Made by a program: the position numbers and the translations under genes. DNA of 64,000 nt from NCBI GenBank assembly GCA_964574035.1, contig CAZNLD010000004.1:547-64546 (forward strand). The letters are read 5' to 3'. Below the pieces are notes generated by a model. That model did not search any database and had not been told where the DNA came from. It saw only the letters and a program-made list of their open reading frames with translations. The first letter of the stretch is position 1, and the number at the start of each line of letters is the position of its first letter. Below are positions 62,629 through 64,000 of this stretch, in pieces. The DNA comes from Candidatus Undinarchaeota archaeon (GTDB lineage: Archaea; Undinarchaeota; Undinarchaeia; Undinarchaeales; JALTGF01).

Positions 62629-63876
62629 ATGCAGACCCGCCCCCAAGACAGAAATAAACAGGCTGTAAAGGAAAGTCTATTTAGTCGGTTTGCTCCTTCT
62701 TTAAAATTTTTAAAAGAAAGTTCTTCTGCACTTCTGATTACAATAATCACAACTTCTATTGCAGGGTTGTTTTTAAGTAATTATCGAGAATTTCTGCTCC
62801 TTCTGCCCGGTTTAATTATTCTGGTTCCCGGCGCTATCAACATGAGAGGAACAATTTTCGGTGCAATGGGCGCGAGACTCGGCTCTGCATTTCATTTAGG
62901 AGAACTGGAAAAGGTCAGCTGGAAGAATAAAATAATCAGAAATAATACATACTCATCTCTTCTCCTTAGTATATTTTTACCCTTGATGCTTGCTGTTCTT
63001 GCAAAACTGATTTCCATATCTTTTGGAATAGAAAGCATTTCAGTTTTTGAACTTATTGAAATTGCATTTTTAAGTAGTATGATTTCAGCCGGCGCCATGA
63101 TTTTGGTGTCTTTTTCAATTTATGAGATAGCAAGCAAGAAAGGATGGGATCCGGACAATATTACAGCGCCCGCAATTACTTCAATGGGCGATCTAATTAC
63201 AATTCCTTCTTTGATTATTGCTGCAATTATCGTAATGAACTTACAGCCTTTCGTACCGGTTGCAGCGCATGCAACTATAGTGGGGGCTGCAATCCTTTTC
63301 ATTTTAACTCTGCAGTCTAAAGAAAACTACAGAAAGCTGGTTCTGCAGGCGCTTTTAATCCTGCCGTTTATAGCAGTAGTTGAGATAGGCTCAGGGATTA
63401 TGCTGGAAAGCTATCTTGAAAGACTGGCAGTAATCCCTGCAACTTTAATTCTGCTTCCTACATTCCTTGGGGAAGGAGGAAATATTGGAAGTATTTTTGC
63501 TTCAAGACTTACAACTTCGCTTCATTTAGGTATGACTGAAGCCAATTATAAAATGGATAAGGGAACTAGAAGAAACCTTCTGAATGTCTTTATACTCTGC
63601 CTAATTATTTTTCCGGCTGCAGGAGCTGCAGCTCATTTTCTGGGGGAATTGTTTGGATTGGCAGGAACAACTCTTTTAACGCTTGTTTTAGTTTCTTTAA
63701 CTGCGGGAATTATCTTGATTTCAGTAATTACAATGGTAGTATTTGCAATGGCTGTATTCTTCTATAAGAAATCAATTGATCCTGACAATGTATTAATTCC
63801 TCTGCTGACTGCAATTGCAGATATTTTCGGAGTATTCTGCTTGCTCCTTATTTTAGGGTTATTTGGACTTATTTAG
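62629..63876 (+). CDS. MgtE/SLC41-like divalent cation (Mg2+) transporter with duplicated membrane domain
   Basis: Two repeats: VPGAINMRGTIFGAMGARLGSAFHLGE and LPTFLGEGGNIGSIFASRLTTSLHLGM, each followed by DPDN[IV] segments. Confidence 0.75.
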   Translation: MQTRPQDRNKQAVKESLFSRFAPSLKFLKESSSALLITIITTSIAGLFLSNYREFLLLLPGLIILVPGAINMRGTIFGAMGARLGSAFHLGELEKVSWKNKIIRNNTYSSLLLSIFLPLMLAVLAKLISISFGIESISVFELIEIAFLSSMISAGAMILVSFSIYEIASKKGWDPDNITAPAITSMGDLITIPSLIIAAIIVMNLQPFVPVAAHATIVGAAILFILTLQSKENYRKLVLQALLILPFIAVVEIGSGIMLESYLERLAVIPATLILLPTFLGEGGNIGSIFASRLTTSLHLGMTEANYKMDKGTRRNLLNVFILCLIIFPAAGAAAHFLGELFGLAGTTLLTLVLVSLTAGIILISVITMVVFAMAVFFYKKSIDPDNVLIPLLTAIADIFGVFCLLLILGLFGLI

Positions 63877-63998
63877 AAAAAGAAATGTCCTATTGAAAAA
63901 GTAATACCTATTGCTATAAAAAACGCTGAAACCCACCCTGCAGTGGTGAATGCTGCCTCCTTTACACTAATATTAGACTTACCTAAGACCAGCCCGCT
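63873..63998 (-). CDS. 3' end of a membrane protein gene (partial, runs off the window end)
   Basis: The minus frame is open from 63998 to a TAA at 63875-63873 (…TTAGWVSAFFIAIGITFSIGHFFF*). Convergent overlap with the mgtE-like stop. Confidence 0.25.
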   Translation of the reverse strand, partial: SGLVLGKSNISVKEAAFTTAGWVSAFFIAIGITFSIGHFFF

Positions 63999-64000
63999 TC

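Noticed and set aside
1-64000. Search for C/D-box or H/ACA sRNAs (RUGAUGA…CUGA pairs in intergenic DNA), rRNA genes, transposases and integrases.
   Set aside because: All UGAUGA occurrences I found lie inside well-supported coding regions or lack a properly spaced D box. No convincing candidate could be supported by eye, so a covariance-model scan is needed.

Overview
AT-rich (about one third GC by eye), very gene-dense archaeal chromosomal segment. Many neighbouring genes have 1-4 nt start/stop overlaps. Archaeal identity rests on: the ftsZ-secE-spt5(nusG)-L11-L1-P0 cluster; the L21e-RpoF-DUF655-KsgA cluster; class I LysRS; aRF1 with NIKS and GGQ motifs; aIF5A; TFE; Nob1; aTrm56; an archaeal-type SRP RNA; and a tRNA-Gln intron with a textbook bulge-helix-bulge motif. 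Small proteins, salvage-type transporters and frequent lysine-rich low-complexity tails suggest a reduced-genome (DPANN-like) archaeon, but that is inference only. Other content: a MacB/FtsX-type ABC exporter with a surface beta-sandwich protein; several cation transporters, including a translationally coupled CPA2 / P-type Ca-ATPase / CaCA operon; a dispersed folate/C1 neighbourhood (purH, folD, glyA, folC); PolX; an RNase J-like beta-CASP nuclease; ValRS; a YhhQ-type preQ0/preQ1 transporter operon; and an RHH/PIN accessory patch. RNA genes found: tRNA-Ser(GCU), tRNA-Gln(UUG, 45-nt intron) and SRP RNA. I saw no rRNA, CRISPR array, transposase or integrase. The observations I rate highest are: (1) a family of intergenic arrays built from in-phase 7-nt units arranged as imperfect palindromes at four loci; (2) an atypical ribosomal stalk locus, where L11 carries a 115-aa extension with a P1-like hinge, P0 lacks the usual C-terminal factor-binding peptide, and no P1 gene sits at the canonical position; (3) a TFE homologue with very long Lys/Ser-rich extensions; (4) an MBL / Zn-ribbon / methyltransferase fusion; (5) a mini ESCRT-III-like ORF abutting the SRP RNA. 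All functional calls come from reading motifs in the supplied translations. No database search was run.
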